A DNA stretch of 64,000 nucleotides from Longimicrobiales bacterium (GTDB lineage: Bacteria; Gemmatimonadota; Gemmatimonadetes; Longimicrobiales; Gaopeijiaceae): assembly GCA_965203485.1 (NCBI GenBank), contig OZ241892.1, forward strand, positions 3,104,001 through 3,168,000. Direction: 5' to 3'. Position 1 is the first letter of the stretch. The number at the start of each line of letters is the position of its first letter. The notes under the pieces were generated by a model. That model ran no database searches. It saw only the letters and a program-made list of their open reading frames with translations, and had not been told where the DNA came from. Positions 17,671-27,747 of this stretch are shown piece after piece. A program made the translations under genes and the position numbers.

Positions 17671-20147
17671 GCAACGGCCGGGGCGGTGCGGCGGCGCTGG
17701 CGGGCTCCCGCGTGAACGTTGCGCCAGGCGAGCCCGTCCACCAGGGCGGAGGCGCGGCGGAGCAATCGGCCGGCTTCTCGACCATCGGCCGGCGGATGCG
17801 CAAGGTGGACGGCTTGGCCAAGGCAAGCGGGCGGGCGCGCTACGCGGACGACATCCGGTTGCCGGGGATGCTCCACGGGAAGATACTGCGCAGCCCGCAT
17901 CCCCACGCGCGCATCGTGTCGATCGACACGTCCGCGGCCCAGCGCATGGACGGCGTCCACGCAGTGGTGACCGGCCGCGACATGCCGACGCCCTACGGGA
18001 TCATCCCATGGACGCCGGACGAGCATGCGCTGTGCGTGGACCGCGTCCGCTACGTGGGCGACGGGGTCGCGGCCGTAGCGGCGGTCGACGAGGAGACCGC
18101 CAACTCGGCGCTCGATCACGTCGAAGTCGTCTACGAAGAGCTGCCGGCCTACTTCACGCCGCGCGAGGCGATCGCGGCGAAGTCGGGGCCGTTCATTCAC
18201 GAGCCGCGCAAGCCGGGGCAGAACGGCAACGTCACCAAAGTCGTCCACCTGGAGTTCGGCGAGGTGGAAGCGGCCATGGCCGGGTCGGCGGTCGTCGTCG
18301 AGGACGACTATTTCTTCGAGGGCACGACGCACACGCCGATCGAGCCCCACTGCGCCATCGGCATGGCCGAACGCGGCGGCCGCCTGACGGTCTGGTCGGC
18401 CACCCAGGTGCCGCACTACCTGCACCGCGAGCTGGCGCGCGTGCTGGACCTGGACCCGGCTCTGGTCAGGGTCGTCCAGCCGCCCGTCGGCGGCGCCTTC
18501 GGCGGCAAGTCCGAGCCGTTCGACCTGGAGTTCTGCGTGGCCAAGCTGGCCCTGAAGACGGGTCGGCCGGTCAAGATCCTCTACACCCGCGAGGAAGTCT
18601 TCTACGCCCACCGCGGACGCCATCCGTTCCACATGCGCTATCGCACGGGCGTGAACGAGGACGGAACGCTCACCTCGGTCGACGCCAAGATCGTGCTGGA
18701 CGGGGGCGCATACGCTTCGTTCGGCTTGGTCACGACATACTACTCGGGGCAGTTGCTGACCGCGCCGTACCGAATGCCCGCCTATCGCTTCCACTCCACC
18801 CGCGCATACACGAACAAGCCCGCATGCGGACCCAAGCGCGGACACGGATCGGTGCAGCCGCGCTTCGCGTTCGAGGTGCAGCTCGACCGGCTGGCCGAGC
18901 GTCTGGACATCGATCCCATGGAGTTGCGGCGGCGCAACTTCATCGGGGCGGACACGCGCACCGTCAACGATCTTCGCATCACGTCCAACGGATTCCTGGA
19001 GTGTCTGGACGCGGTCGAGTCGGCCAGCGGCTGGCGGGGGAAGTTTCGCCAGCTGCCCTTCGGGCGCGGCGTCGGCGTGGCCGGCTCGACGTACATATCG
19101 GGCACGAACTATCCAGTCTATCCCAACGACATGCCGCAATCGGGCGTGCAGCTGCAGATCGACCGCTCTGGGCGCGTGTCGGTCTTCTCGGGCGCGTCGG
19201 AGATCGGGCAGGGAGCGGACTCGATGGTGGCCTACGTCGTGGCCGAGGAGCTGGGCGTGCCGGTGGAGCACGTGCGCGTTCTGGCGGGCGACACCGACTT
19301 CACGCCTGTGGACTTGGGCGCGTACTCCTCGAGGGTCACGTTCATGCTGGGCAACGCGTGCATCGCCGCGGCGGGACAGGTCAAGCGGCAGGTGCAGGAG
19401 GCGGTCGCCGAGGCGTGGGACGCGAAACCGGCCGAAGTGCTTCTGGCCGGGGGACGGGCCGCCCGGGCCGGCGACACGGGCGTCTCCATGTCCATTCGGG
19501 AAGCCTTCAACTTGGCCGAAGCGAAGTTCGGCACACTGGGCGCCACGGGGTCCTACGACACGCCGAAGGACGTGCACGGCTCCTACCGGGGCGCGACGAT
19601 CGGCGCGTCGCCCGCCTATTCGTTCAGCGCGCACGTGGCCGAGGTGAGCGTGGACGCGGAGACGGGGTTCGTGGACGTGGAGAAGATATGGATCGCGCAC
19701 GATTGCGGGCGCGCGCTCAATCCGGTGCTGGTGGAAGGGCAGATGGAGGGCTCGGCCTACATGGGCTTCGGCGAGGCGCTCATGGAGGAGCACGTCTTCA
19801 AGACCGCCGATCAGGGCCGCGCGGGCCTCCACAACGCTCCGTCGCTGCTGGACTACAGGATTCCGACCAGCTTGGACACGCCCGCGCTCCGGTCGCTGGT
19901 GGTCGAGTCCGTGGACCCCGAGGGTCCCTACGGCGCCAAGGAAGCGGGAGAAGGGCCTCTCCACCCGTCCATTCCGGCCATTGCAAACGCCATCTACGAC
20001 GCAGTAGGCGTGCGCATGAACTCGTTGCCGTTCTCGCCGCCCCGCGTGTGGGCCGCTCTGCAGGCCAAGGCGGAGCGGGCCGGAGCCGGAGCGTCGGCCG
20101 CGCGGCGTGATCCTGCAATCGCGGCCGCCGGGGCGAAGCCGGCGTGA
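17667..20147 (+). CDS. Molybdopterin large subunit, 4-hydroxybenzoyl-CoA reductase alpha (HcrA)-like
   Basis: LRSPHPHARI, GGAFGGK, RGHG, EIGQG and GAKEAGEG motifs. GTG start overlaps the previous stop (alternative ATG near 17796). Confidence 0.9.
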   Translation: MSNGRGGAAALAGSRVNVAPGEPVHQGGGAAEQSAGFSTIGRRMRKVDGLAKASGRARYADDIRLPGMLHGKILRSPHPHARIVSIDTSAAQRMDGVHAVVTGRDMPTPYGIIPWTPDEHALCVDRVRYVGDGVAAVAAVDEETANSALDHVEVVYEELPAYFTPREAIAAKSGPFIHEPRKPGQNGNVTKVVHLEFGEVEAAMAGSAVVVEDDYFFEGTTHTPIEPHCAIGMAERGGRLTVWSATQVPHYLHRELARVLDLDPALVRVVQPPVGGAFGGKSEPFDLEFCVAKLALKTGRPVKILYTREEVFYAHRGRHPFHMRYRTGVNEDGTLTSVDAKIVLDGGAYASFGLVTTYYSGQLLTAPYRMPAYRFHSTRAYTNKPACGPKRGHGSVQPRFAFEVQLDRLAERLDIDPMELRRRNFIGADTRTVNDLRITSNGFLECLDAVESASGWRGKFRQLPFGRGVGVAGSTYISGTNYPVYPNDMPQSGVQLQIDRSGRVSVFSGASEIGQGADSMVAYVVAEELGVPVEHVRVLAGDTDFTPVDLGAYSSRVTFMLGNACIAAAGQVKRQVQEAVAEAWDAKPAEVLLAGGRAARAGDTGVSMSIREAFNLAEAKFGTLGATGSYDTPKDVHGSYRGATIGASPAYSFSAHVAEVSVDAETGFVDVEKIWIAHDCGRALNPVLVEGQMEGSAYMGFGEALMEEHVFKTADQGRAGLHNAPSLLDYRIPTSLDTPALRSLVVESVDPEGPYGAKEAGEGPLHPSIPAIANAIYDAVGVRMNSLPFSPPRVWAALQAKAERAGAGASAARRDPAIAAAGAKPA

Positions 20148-21190
20148 GCAAGCGCTCCCCGGCAACGCGCCGCCATGTCGGCCGCGCGAGCCCAGCCGGC
20201 CGCCCGGCGCGCGACGGCGCCGGAGGCTCCGCGACGGTGCGCCGCCTGGCCGGCCTGGGGCGACTGGCGCTGCTCGCCGCAGGACTGCCCTCGGCGTTGC
20301 ACGCCCAGACACCGAACGCGGAGGAGCGCGTCCGCTCCCGCCCGGCCGCCGGCACTGCGCGCGACTGGCAGATCGCGGCCGAGCGTCTCCGCTGGGCGCG
20401 CGCGCAACGCCTGGACACGCTGCCGCGCTTCGGCGACGTGCTCGCGGCGATCGGCGAGCGCTTCGTCGGCACGCCCTACGCGCCGGGCACGCTGGAGCTG
20501 CCCGGCCCCGAGCGTCTGGTCGTAAACCTGGAAACGCTCGACTGCGTCACGTTCGTCGAGAGCGTACTCGTGCTGGCGCGCTTGGCCCGGCGCGGCGACC
20601 CGGCGCTTGCCGACGATCCCGGCCGTCTGCAGGCAACTTACGCGGCGGAGTTGACGCGCATACGCTACCGGGGCGGAGCGCTGAACGGCTACGCCAGCCG
20701 ACTGCACTACTTCAGCGAGTGGATCGCCGACAACGAGGACAAGGGCGTGGTCCGCGACCTGTCGGAAGAGCTGGGGGGCGTGCCGGACGGCGGAGCCGTC
20801 AACTTCATGTCGGCGCATCCCGAGGCGTACGCGCAACTGGCCGACCCGGCCGCGCGCGCCGAGATCGCCTCGGTCGAGGCCCGCCTCGGCGCCGTCGCGC
20901 GGCGCTACTTGCCCGCGAACCGGATCGCCGCCCGTGCTCGTTCGATCCGCAACGGCGACATCATCGCGGCGACCAGCACGGCGGGCGGCCTGGACGTCGC
21001 TCACACGGGCCTTGCTCTCTGGCGCGGAGGCCGGCTCAAGCTCCTGCACGCGCCCCTCGCCGGCTCGCACGTGCAGATCACCGAGGGCACCTTGGCGGAG
21101 CGCATCGAACGCCTGCGCGGCCAAGACGGAATCATGGTGGCGCGGCCCGTGGACCCGCATCCCCCGCGCTCCCGGCGCCCCGGCAAGTAG
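20144..21190 (+). CDS. DUF1460 N-acetylmuramoyl-L-alanine amidase-like protein (permuted NlpC/P60)
   Basis: FVGTPY..TLE...E.LVVNL..LDCVTFVE (catalytic Cys), YASRLHYFSEW, GLDVAHTG (His) and LLHA. Confidence 0.9.
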   Translation: MSKRSPATRRHVGRASPAGRPARDGAGGSATVRRLAGLGRLALLAAGLPSALHAQTPNAEERVRSRPAAGTARDWQIAAERLRWARAQRLDTLPRFGDVLAAIGERFVGTPYAPGTLELPGPERLVVNLETLDCVTFVESVLVLARLARRGDPALADDPGRLQATYAAELTRIRYRGGALNGYASRLHYFSEWIADNEDKGVVRDLSEELGGVPDGGAVNFMSAHPEAYAQLADPAARAEIASVEARLGAVARRYLPANRIAARARSIRNGDIIAATSTAGGLDVAHTGLALWRGGRLKLLHAPLAGSHVQITEGTLAERIERLRGQDGIMVARPVDPHPPRSRRPGK

Positions 21191-21196
21191 ACCACC

Positions 21197-22240
21197 TTGC
21201 TCCGCCTGCATCCCTTCCGGTACCACCGGCCCGAGACAGTGGCCGAGGCCGTGGCGTTGCTGGCCGAGCACGGCGACGACGCGATGCCCATCGCGGGCGG
21301 CACCGACCTCATGCCCAACATGAAGCACGGCCTCTTCAGTCCCCGTCACGTCGTGTCGCTCGCGCGCATCGGCGAGATGCATGGAGTCGCGGCCGTGCCC
21401 CGGCCGCCCGGAGGCGGTCTGCCGCCGGGCGGCGACGCCGAGTCCAGCGGCGGCCAGCTCCGCGTCGGCGCGCTGACGACCCTTCGCGACCTCTCGGCCC
21501 ACCCCGAGGTGCGCCGCCGCTTCCCTGGATTGGCCGAGGCCGCGGGCCTCGTCGCCGGACCCCAGCTCCGCAACATGGGCACGATCGGCGGCAACATCTG
21601 CTTGGACACGCGCTGCACCTACTACAACCAGACAGCATTCTGGCGAGCGGCGCTCGGCCACTGCCTGAAGAAGGACGGAGATGTCTGCCACGTGACGCGC
21701 ACCGGCAAGAAGTGCGTCGCCGCCCACTCGGCGGACACGCCTCCCAACTTGATGGTCTTGGGCGCCACCCTCGTGCTGTCCGGACCGGACGGCGTTCGGG
21801 AGGTCCCCGCGCAGGACTTCTTCGTGGCCGACGGTTGCTGGAACACGCGCCGCAAGCCCGGCGAGATCTTGACGGAAGCGAGAATTCCCTTTGGCCGCCC
21901 CGGCGCGCGCAGCGCCTACAAGAAGCTGCGCCAACGCAAGTCCATCGACTTCCCGATGCTGTCCGTGGCGGTCGCCGGCGACTTTGCGGAAGACGGATCG
22001 GTGGAGTCGCTCCGAGGCGTGGTGTCCGCGCTGGGCGCCCGGCCGCGGCGTCTGTCGGGCTGGCAGGACTTGGCGCGGGGAAGACGGCTGGAGGCCGACA
22101 CCGTGCGCTCGCTCGCCGCCCGCGCTTGGGAGCAGTGCCGGCCGCTGGAGAACATGGTCGGGGACGCTGACTGGAGGCGCGCGATGGTGCCGGTCTACGT
22201 GCGCCGGGCGTTGCAGGACTTGGCAAGCCGGGCGGCGTGA
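21197..22240 (+). CDS. FAD-binding medium subunit with [4Fe-4S] insert (HcrB-like)
   Basis: IAGGTDL and LRNMGTIGGN motifs; Cys cluster RCxYYNQ...CLK...C...C typical of HcrB. Confidence 0.92.
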   Translation: MLRLHPFRYHRPETVAEAVALLAEHGDDAMPIAGGTDLMPNMKHGLFSPRHVVSLARIGEMHGVAAVPRPPGGGLPPGGDAESSGGQLRVGALTTLRDLSAHPEVRRRFPGLAEAAGLVAGPQLRNMGTIGGNICLDTRCTYYNQTAFWRAALGHCLKKDGDVCHVTRTGKKCVAAHSADTPPNLMVLGATLVLSGPDGVREVPAQDFFVADGCWNTRRKPGEILTEARIPFGRPGARSAYKKLRQRKSIDFPMLSVAVAGDFAEDGSVESLRGVVSALGARPRRLSGWQDLARGRRLEADTVRSLAARAWEQCRPLENMVGDADWRRAMVPVYVRRALQDLASRAA

Positions 22241-22263
22241 TCCTCGACGGCCGGCACGGCGGT

Positions 22264-23463
22264 CTACGTGGGCTCGCCGTCGCGGGATCTGGCAGGGGAC
22301 TGTCGTCTGCGCGCCGCCAGCAACCGGCGGTGAACGCGCAACGCCTGTTCCATCCGGCCCGGCTGGCCCGCCGCCGCCTCGGCCCGGCGCGCGGCGGGCC
22401 GCACTTGCCCGGCCGCGGCGCCGAGCGTCGCAACGTCCTCCATGCCCGCGGCGGCGGCTACGTTGCGCAATTCCTTCTCCGGTTGCGCGCATAGCGCGTC
22501 GTAGTCGACCAGCGCGGCCGTGCCCGCCGCCTTGTCCAGTACGTGCTGGTACGCGGCGCACCAGTACGCGAGCCAGCCGTCCAGAGGGTCCGCGCCGCCC
22601 CCGCCATCTTCCGGTCGCGCCGGCCCGGGGTCGTCCTTCCCGCCGCCGAAGTCCAGCGGCCGGAGGTCAAGACCGAACTCGTAGTGGCCGATGTCCGCCG
22701 TGTATCGGCGCATGAACGGCTCGCTCGCTTGCATTGCGCTGAACCTTGCATGCTGTCGCAGCATCGACCCGGCTTGGTCCAGCGGGTTGCGAAAGGCAAT
22801 CAACACGATCGCGTCGGGAAACAGCTTCAAGAGAGTCGGGACGCGGACGATGTTGGCGTTGTTCTTGGACAGGTACCGCAACCGTCCGGGACGCGCCGTC
22901 TCTTCGAGCGCGACGATCTTGGCGACGTGCGACTTGAAGAAAGACGCGAACTCGCCGGCGGAAGCGTCCGCGTCCGTCCACGCCTCGATCCGGTCCTCGC
23001 GGTACTTGCCCGGCCAGAATGCTCGCCACAGCGCCTCCTCGAACGCCTCCGGGCTGTCGAAGCCGATTTGCATGCCGTCGCCGTGCGCCCGCTCGACCGG
23101 CTCGCCCGACACCCGGAAGGGACGCGCGAACGCGCGCCACAGCATCGGGGTGAAGAGAAACGGCATGTGCCGGTAGGTGTGCGACGCGAACGGCCCTTCG
23201 GAGGCGAGCACGTTGAGCAGCAACGTCGTGCCGGCCCGCGGCAACCCCGCGATGAACACCGGCCTCTCGACGCGAACGGTCCGCAAAGAAGTTCGGTAGA
23301 GCAGGTCCTCCAAGTCGGCCAGCGACTTCTGCAACCCTATGGAGGAGAAGGCGGCGCGGTGGAGGAGACGGTCTACACGCGAATATCTCCGAACCAGCCG
23401 TAGGGCAACCCGAGGAATGCCGCCGAGGCCCGCCTCGTCGCCGCCGCCGTGTCGCCCGTGCAT
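22264..23463 (-). CDS. Sulfotransferase family protein
   Basis: 5'-PSB loop PVFIAGLPRAGTTLL and 3'-PB motif RNPLDQAGS. Start uncertain. Confidence 0.88.
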   Translation of the reverse strand: MHGRHGGGDEAGLGGIPRVALRLVRRYSRVDRLLHRAAFSSIGLQKSLADLEDLLYRTSLRTVRVERPVFIAGLPRAGTTLLLNVLASEGPFASHTYRHMPFLFTPMLWRAFARPFRVSGEPVERAHGDGMQIGFDSPEAFEEALWRAFWPGKYREDRIEAWTDADASAGEFASFFKSHVAKIVALEETARPGRLRYLSKNNANIVRVPTLLKLFPDAIVLIAFRNPLDQAGSMLRQHARFSAMQASEPFMRRYTADIGHYEFGLDLRPLDFGGGKDDPGPARPEDGGGGADPLDGWLAYWCAAYQHVLDKAAGTAALVDYDALCAQPEKELRNVAAAAGMEDVATLGAAAGQVRPAARRAEAAAGQPGRMEQALRVHRRLLAARRRQSPARSRDGEPT

Positions 23464-23489
23464 GAGGACAGTGACGCCAACGCAGCGTC

Positions 23490-25055
23490 CTACCGGATTC
23501 CGACCTGCCCCTGCACGTCGCGCAACATCTTCTCGGAGTCGTAGCCCACGCCGTCCTTGAAGACGAAGACCACGTTGCGGATCACCGCCGCATCCTCCGC
23601 CAGGTCGCCCCGCAACACCACCAAGTCGGCCACCTTGCCGGCCTCCACAGCCCCAAGCGCGTCGTGCACGCCCAGCACGCGGGCTCCGTTCGCCGACACG
23701 ACTCGCACGGCGTCCGGAGCCGAGAACCCGGCCTCGATCAGAAGCTCGTAGTTGCGTTGGTCGCCGTAGCCGGGCAATGCTCCGCCGTTGCCGGTAGGGT
23801 CCACGCCCGCGGCCAGCAAGCCGCCGGCGTCGTGAAACGCCTTTTCGTAGGCCATGGCGTTGAGCAATTCCTCCTCGGGCCAACCGGCATCGTCGATCTG
23901 CGCCTTCGACTTCAAGTAGTCGTCGCGGACCTCGGGCGCCATCGCGTCCAGGCTTCGCTGGTCGCGAACGGGGCGTCCCTTGAAGAAGAGTTCGTACACT
24001 GCCAGGGTCGACGTCATCGGCACGCCCGCGTCGATCATGGCCTTGAAGGTCGCGGCCGCTTCCGGGCCGTCGACGTTCGTTTGCAACGCGGCCCGCGTGA
24101 GGCCCGGCGGGCACTCGTCCTTGCCGCGTCCCGCCACGTAGTCGCTGTTCGTGGGCAGGCCGTGCTCGATGTTGTCGATGCCCAGCGCGACCGCCTCCGT
24201 GAAGCTGATCGAGCAGAGATGGCCGGTGACCTTGATGCCTTGCTTGTGGGCTTCGTCTATTGCCGCGCCCAGCTCCTCCGAGCGGATGTTCGTGTACGCC
24301 TTGAGCCAAGTCGCGCCCTCCGCCGCCCAGTACCGCACGAACCGGCGGGCCTGCTCGGGAGACTCCAGCATCGTCATCGTGGACACGCCGCCGCCCGCCG
24401 TGATGTAGGGCGCAGTGATGTGAATGCGAGGTCCGGGCACGCGCCCGGCGTCGATCTCGGCCCTGAGATTGAGTTCGGCGAACGGCTGCCGGCTGCCAGT
24501 CGTGCGCACGGTCGTCACCCCGCTTCCCAGATAGAGGCGGGGCGCGCTGAAGGTCAGTTGCGCGGCGCGCCCGCCGGCGGCCGTGTAGTACAGGTGGTTG
24601 TGGAGTCCGACCATCCCCGGGACCACGGTGTGACCTTGCAAGTCCAGCATCTCGGCGCCGTTCGGAACGTCCACGGCGCCGGACGAGCCGACCGCCGCGA
24701 TGCGGGCGCCCTCAATCAAGACCGTCTGGTCGCGAAGCGCAGGCCCGCCGGTGCCGTCCAGCACCGCGACCCCGTGCAACGCGACGACCGGGGCGTCCAC
24801 GGCCACGTACGCCGCCGCCGCCGAACCCGCCACCGGCCGTTGCGCCGAAGCTGGGAGACCGGCGAAGAAAGCCACGGCCGCCGTGCCCGCGAGGGCCGCT
24901 CCGAACCGGCCATGTCCGCCGCTCGCAGGCAAGCTTCGCCGCTCCGGCCGCCTCTCCCATGCCCCGCGCCCGCAGGTCGCAACAGCGCTGGCGGGCGAGA
25001 TCCGCGGATCTGCGGGCTTCTTCGAAATCGGCGTCTTCGGCGTCGGTGATCCCAT
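23490..25055 (-). CDS. Amidohydrolase family protein
   Basis: VPGMVGLHNH, GVTTVR, IEHG, GAVEAGKVADLVV motifs; GGAGG RBS. Confidence 0.92.
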   Translation of the reverse strand: MGSPTPKTPISKKPADPRISPASAVATCGRGAWERRPERRSLPASGGHGRFGAALAGTAAVAFFAGLPASAQRPVAGSAAAAYVAVDAPVVALHGVAVLDGTGGPALRDQTVLIEGARIAAVGSSGAVDVPNGAEMLDLQGHTVVPGMVGLHNHLYYTAAGGRAAQLTFSAPRLYLGSGVTTVRTTGSRQPFAELNLRAEIDAGRVPGPRIHITAPYITAGGGVSTMTMLESPEQARRFVRYWAAEGATWLKAYTNIRSEELGAAIDEAHKQGIKVTGHLCSISFTEAVALGIDNIEHGLPTNSDYVAGRGKDECPPGLTRAALQTNVDGPEAAATFKAMIDAGVPMTSTLAVYELFFKGRPVRDQRSLDAMAPEVRDDYLKSKAQIDDAGWPEEELLNAMAYEKAFHDAGGLLAAGVDPTGNGGALPGYGDQRNYELLIEAGFSAPDAVRVVSANGARVLGVHDALGAVEAGKVADLVVLRGDLAEDAAVIRNVVFVFKDGVGYDSEKMLRDVQGQVGIR

Positions 25056-25236
25056 TGATCCTCCCGGCTCTTCAGTGCGGTTCACGGCAGCATGGCTCCA
25101 GCGGCGCGGCAGGGGCAAGCTATGGCGCGGAGGCCAGCTGCGGAAGTCCCGGCCGCGCCCTTCCTCGGTCGGGCAACGGGAGAGCGCGCGTTTCAAAGAG
25201 AGCGTGCGATCTCCGCCGGTTCGGGTCCTGCTTCAC

Positions 25237-27552
25237 TCACGGCAACACCGTGAAGACCATTCGCATCCCAGACTCCAGATGCTCCGAAATGTGGCAGTGC
25301 GCCATCCACCGGCCCGGATTCGACGCTTCCAGGAGAATGTCGGTCGTCGTGCCCGCGGGCAACAGCACCGTGTCCTTCCATGCGAGATTGCGGCTGGGCA
25401 CCCCGTTTCGCGCGAGGACGAGGAAGCGCTGTCCGTGGATGTGGAAGGGATGCTGCATGGCATGGAAGGAGCGTCGCTCGTTGTGCAGGCGGACCTTGAC
25501 CACTTCGCCCGCGCGCAGCGTCCAGTCGATCTCCATGTTCTCGCGGCCGGTGGCCGGTTCCCTCACGATCCAGCGCACTTCCTGCGAAGTCGAGTTCCAG
25601 TTCATCATGGGCATCGTGCCGCTCCACTCGACGGGATGGAAGTACGCGGAGTCGAAGCGCATCAGCCGCTCCACGACGAACGGCAGTCCGGCGGCTTCCA
25701 GCGTGAACGTGAGTTCGCGGTCCACCGGATCGTCGAAGCGGTCGCGCAAGAGAGCGATTTCGCGGGCGGCCGACGTGTTGACGCGCAATGCGTCGAAGCT
25801 GTCAGCCGCCGCCGTGGGGGAGTCCGGTCCGGTCACGACTCGGACCGCGGCGAGCGTGTCCGTCTCCGCGAAGAAGCGGCCGCCCAGGTGGTCGATGCCC
25901 TGCACGCGGTTGAGGAGAGCGGCTTCGCCGGGCTGGTCGAAGCGGACGTGCACCACGTACCGTTCGGCCGGACTCACGACGATGCTCTCGATCCATTCCT
26001 CCCGCTCGAAGGCACTCACGTCGGTTCCCACGACCTTCATGCGGCCGTTCGTGAACGACAAGTTGAAGGTCCGCGTGTTGGACGCGTTCGTCAGGAAGAG
26101 ACGAATCACTTCGCCCGCAACCGCGCGCAACTCGTAGTCCGGTTCGCCGTTGACCAAAAACGCGTTGCCGAAGCGTCCCATGAGCGCATGAGTGGACCGT
26201 TCCAGCCCGAACGGCATGAGTTCGCCGTCGGCCATCAGAACGTCGTCGATCATGAGGGCCTCCTCGCGGTCGACCGGCCCGTAGTAGCCGTCGTGGCGGG
26301 GGGCAACGAGCATGTTGCCGTAGAGCCCCAGGTCCTTCAGCACGTCTTCCCTGTGATGGGGGTGATACCAATAGACGCCTGGGTCCTCGAAGAAGACGTG
26401 GTAGCGGAAGGTCTCGCCCGGCCGCACCGGCTCCTGCGTGACGCCGGGCACGCCGTCCGAGCCATTGTCGAGGCGAAGTCCGTGCCAGTGGATCGTCGTC
26501 GGCCAAGGCACCGAGTTGGTGAAGTTCACGGTGATCTCGGCTTCCTCGCGGACGTGCAGCAACGGCCCCGGGTACTGCTCGTTGAAGGCGTACATCACGT
26601 GATCGCGTCCCCCGATGCGCCGCCGGACGAGTCCGGCCTCGAGCGCGACCGTGTCTCCGTCTTCGAGAAGAAGCGCTTCGCGGGGCCGCGCCATGGGCAG
26701 GCCGGGCGCGGAGGCGGACATTCCCGGCAAGTACGGTTGGACGCCGGGCGGGGCAATGGCCATGAGCGCCGGAAACATGACCAGCCCCGGGATCGTCCGC
26801 GGCAGGGGCCATCGCCGGGGCCGCGCCGCGCCGTGGCCTCCGGCGCCGAGCGAGCCCACCAAGAACTCCTGCATGTCCGGCGGGGACATCCGGGCGCTCG
26901 GCGAAAATGCGCGCAAGAGCAGCCGGCCCTCCCATTCCGTCCCGTCGGCCCGTGTCTCCGCGGTGACGAGGATCATGAACTTGTTGAGCGCGATCTCGCC
27001 CAAGCTCTGCGTGCCATTGGTCACGGTCCCCAGGCTCGCGACCGTGTCGAAGACCGGCGTCGCCAGCCACGCGACATAGTGGCCGTAGTCTCCGAGGGAG
27101 GCCGGGTCGGGCAGGCCGTCCAGCGTGAGCACGCCTTCGTAGAGATGGTTGCCCGCCGCGTTTACTGCGACGCCGAAGGGGCTCGCCGGCGTCCGCAGCT
27201 CCAGCCGCCCCACCATGCCCTCCAGGCCGGGCCGCGGCGTCATCTGCATGCAGTAGAGGTCGGCGCTGGGCGAAAGCGAAGCGCCGGGAGCGCGCGCGCC
27301 GCCGCACGGGGACTCGGCGTCCTGCGCGTGCACCTCGCCTTGTCCGGCCGCGGCAAGCCCTACAACTGCGAATCCGAGGAAAGCCCGCGGCAACGGGACC
27401 GGCCGGAGCGCGGGCCCCGTGGACGCGTTGCGGTCTTGCTTTCGGGCCGGGGCGCCGGGGCGCCTCCGGCACGTCCAGCCGAGGCGCAACCCCGAGGACA
27501 AGCCTCGGACGTCGCCTTGCGAAGCGCGCCCGGCGAACCCGAATTTCGTCAC
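25237..27552 (-). CDS. Multicopper oxidase with N-terminal extra domain
   Basis: All four copper motifs present: HWHG, WYHPH, HPFHIHG, HCHISEHLESGM. Start uncertain. Confidence 0.93.
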   Translation of the reverse strand: MTKFGFAGRASQGDVRGLSSGLRLGWTCRRRPGAPARKQDRNASTGPALRPVPLPRAFLGFAVVGLAAAGQGEVHAQDAESPCGGARAPGASLSPSADLYCMQMTPRPGLEGMVGRLELRTPASPFGVAVNAAGNHLYEGVLTLDGLPDPASLGDYGHYVAWLATPVFDTVASLGTVTNGTQSLGEIALNKFMILVTAETRADGTEWEGRLLLRAFSPSARMSPPDMQEFLVGSLGAGGHGAARPRRWPLPRTIPGLVMFPALMAIAPPGVQPYLPGMSASAPGLPMARPREALLLEDGDTVALEAGLVRRRIGGRDHVMYAFNEQYPGPLLHVREEAEITVNFTNSVPWPTTIHWHGLRLDNGSDGVPGVTQEPVRPGETFRYHVFFEDPGVYWYHPHHREDVLKDLGLYGNMLVAPRHDGYYGPVDREEALMIDDVLMADGELMPFGLERSTHALMGRFGNAFLVNGEPDYELRAVAGEVIRLFLTNASNTRTFNLSFTNGRMKVVGTDVSAFEREEWIESIVVSPAERYVVHVRFDQPGEAALLNRVQGIDHLGGRFFAETDTLAAVRVVTGPDSPTAAADSFDALRVNTSAAREIALLRDRFDDPVDRELTFTLEAAGLPFVVERLMRFDSAYFHPVEWSGTMPMMNWNSTSQEVRWIVREPATGRENMEIDWTLRAGEVVKVRLHNERRSFHAMQHPFHIHGQRFLVLARNGVPSRNLAWKDTVLLPAGTTTDILLEASNPGRWMAHCHISEHLESGMRMVFTVLP

Positions 27553-27747
27553 GTCCTTCCGTCCGGGCGTGGGACCGCCGCACCGCGCGCCGTCTCTGCG
27601 GATGCCAAGCGGGCCGGAGGAGCTAGGCGGAGGCGGCGGACCTGTTCGGCGGCGCAGTTGCGTCGCCGTGCAGGCGGGGCGCACCGAGGTGCGGAATCGA
27701 AAGAATCGCAATCGTGCGTCTCGCAGGCGCGGTGTGCGAGGAGCGGC

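Noticed and set aside
22237..22494. 85-aa ORF overlapping the HcrB-like stop
   Set aside because: Antisense to the sulfotransferase C-terminus and has no motif.
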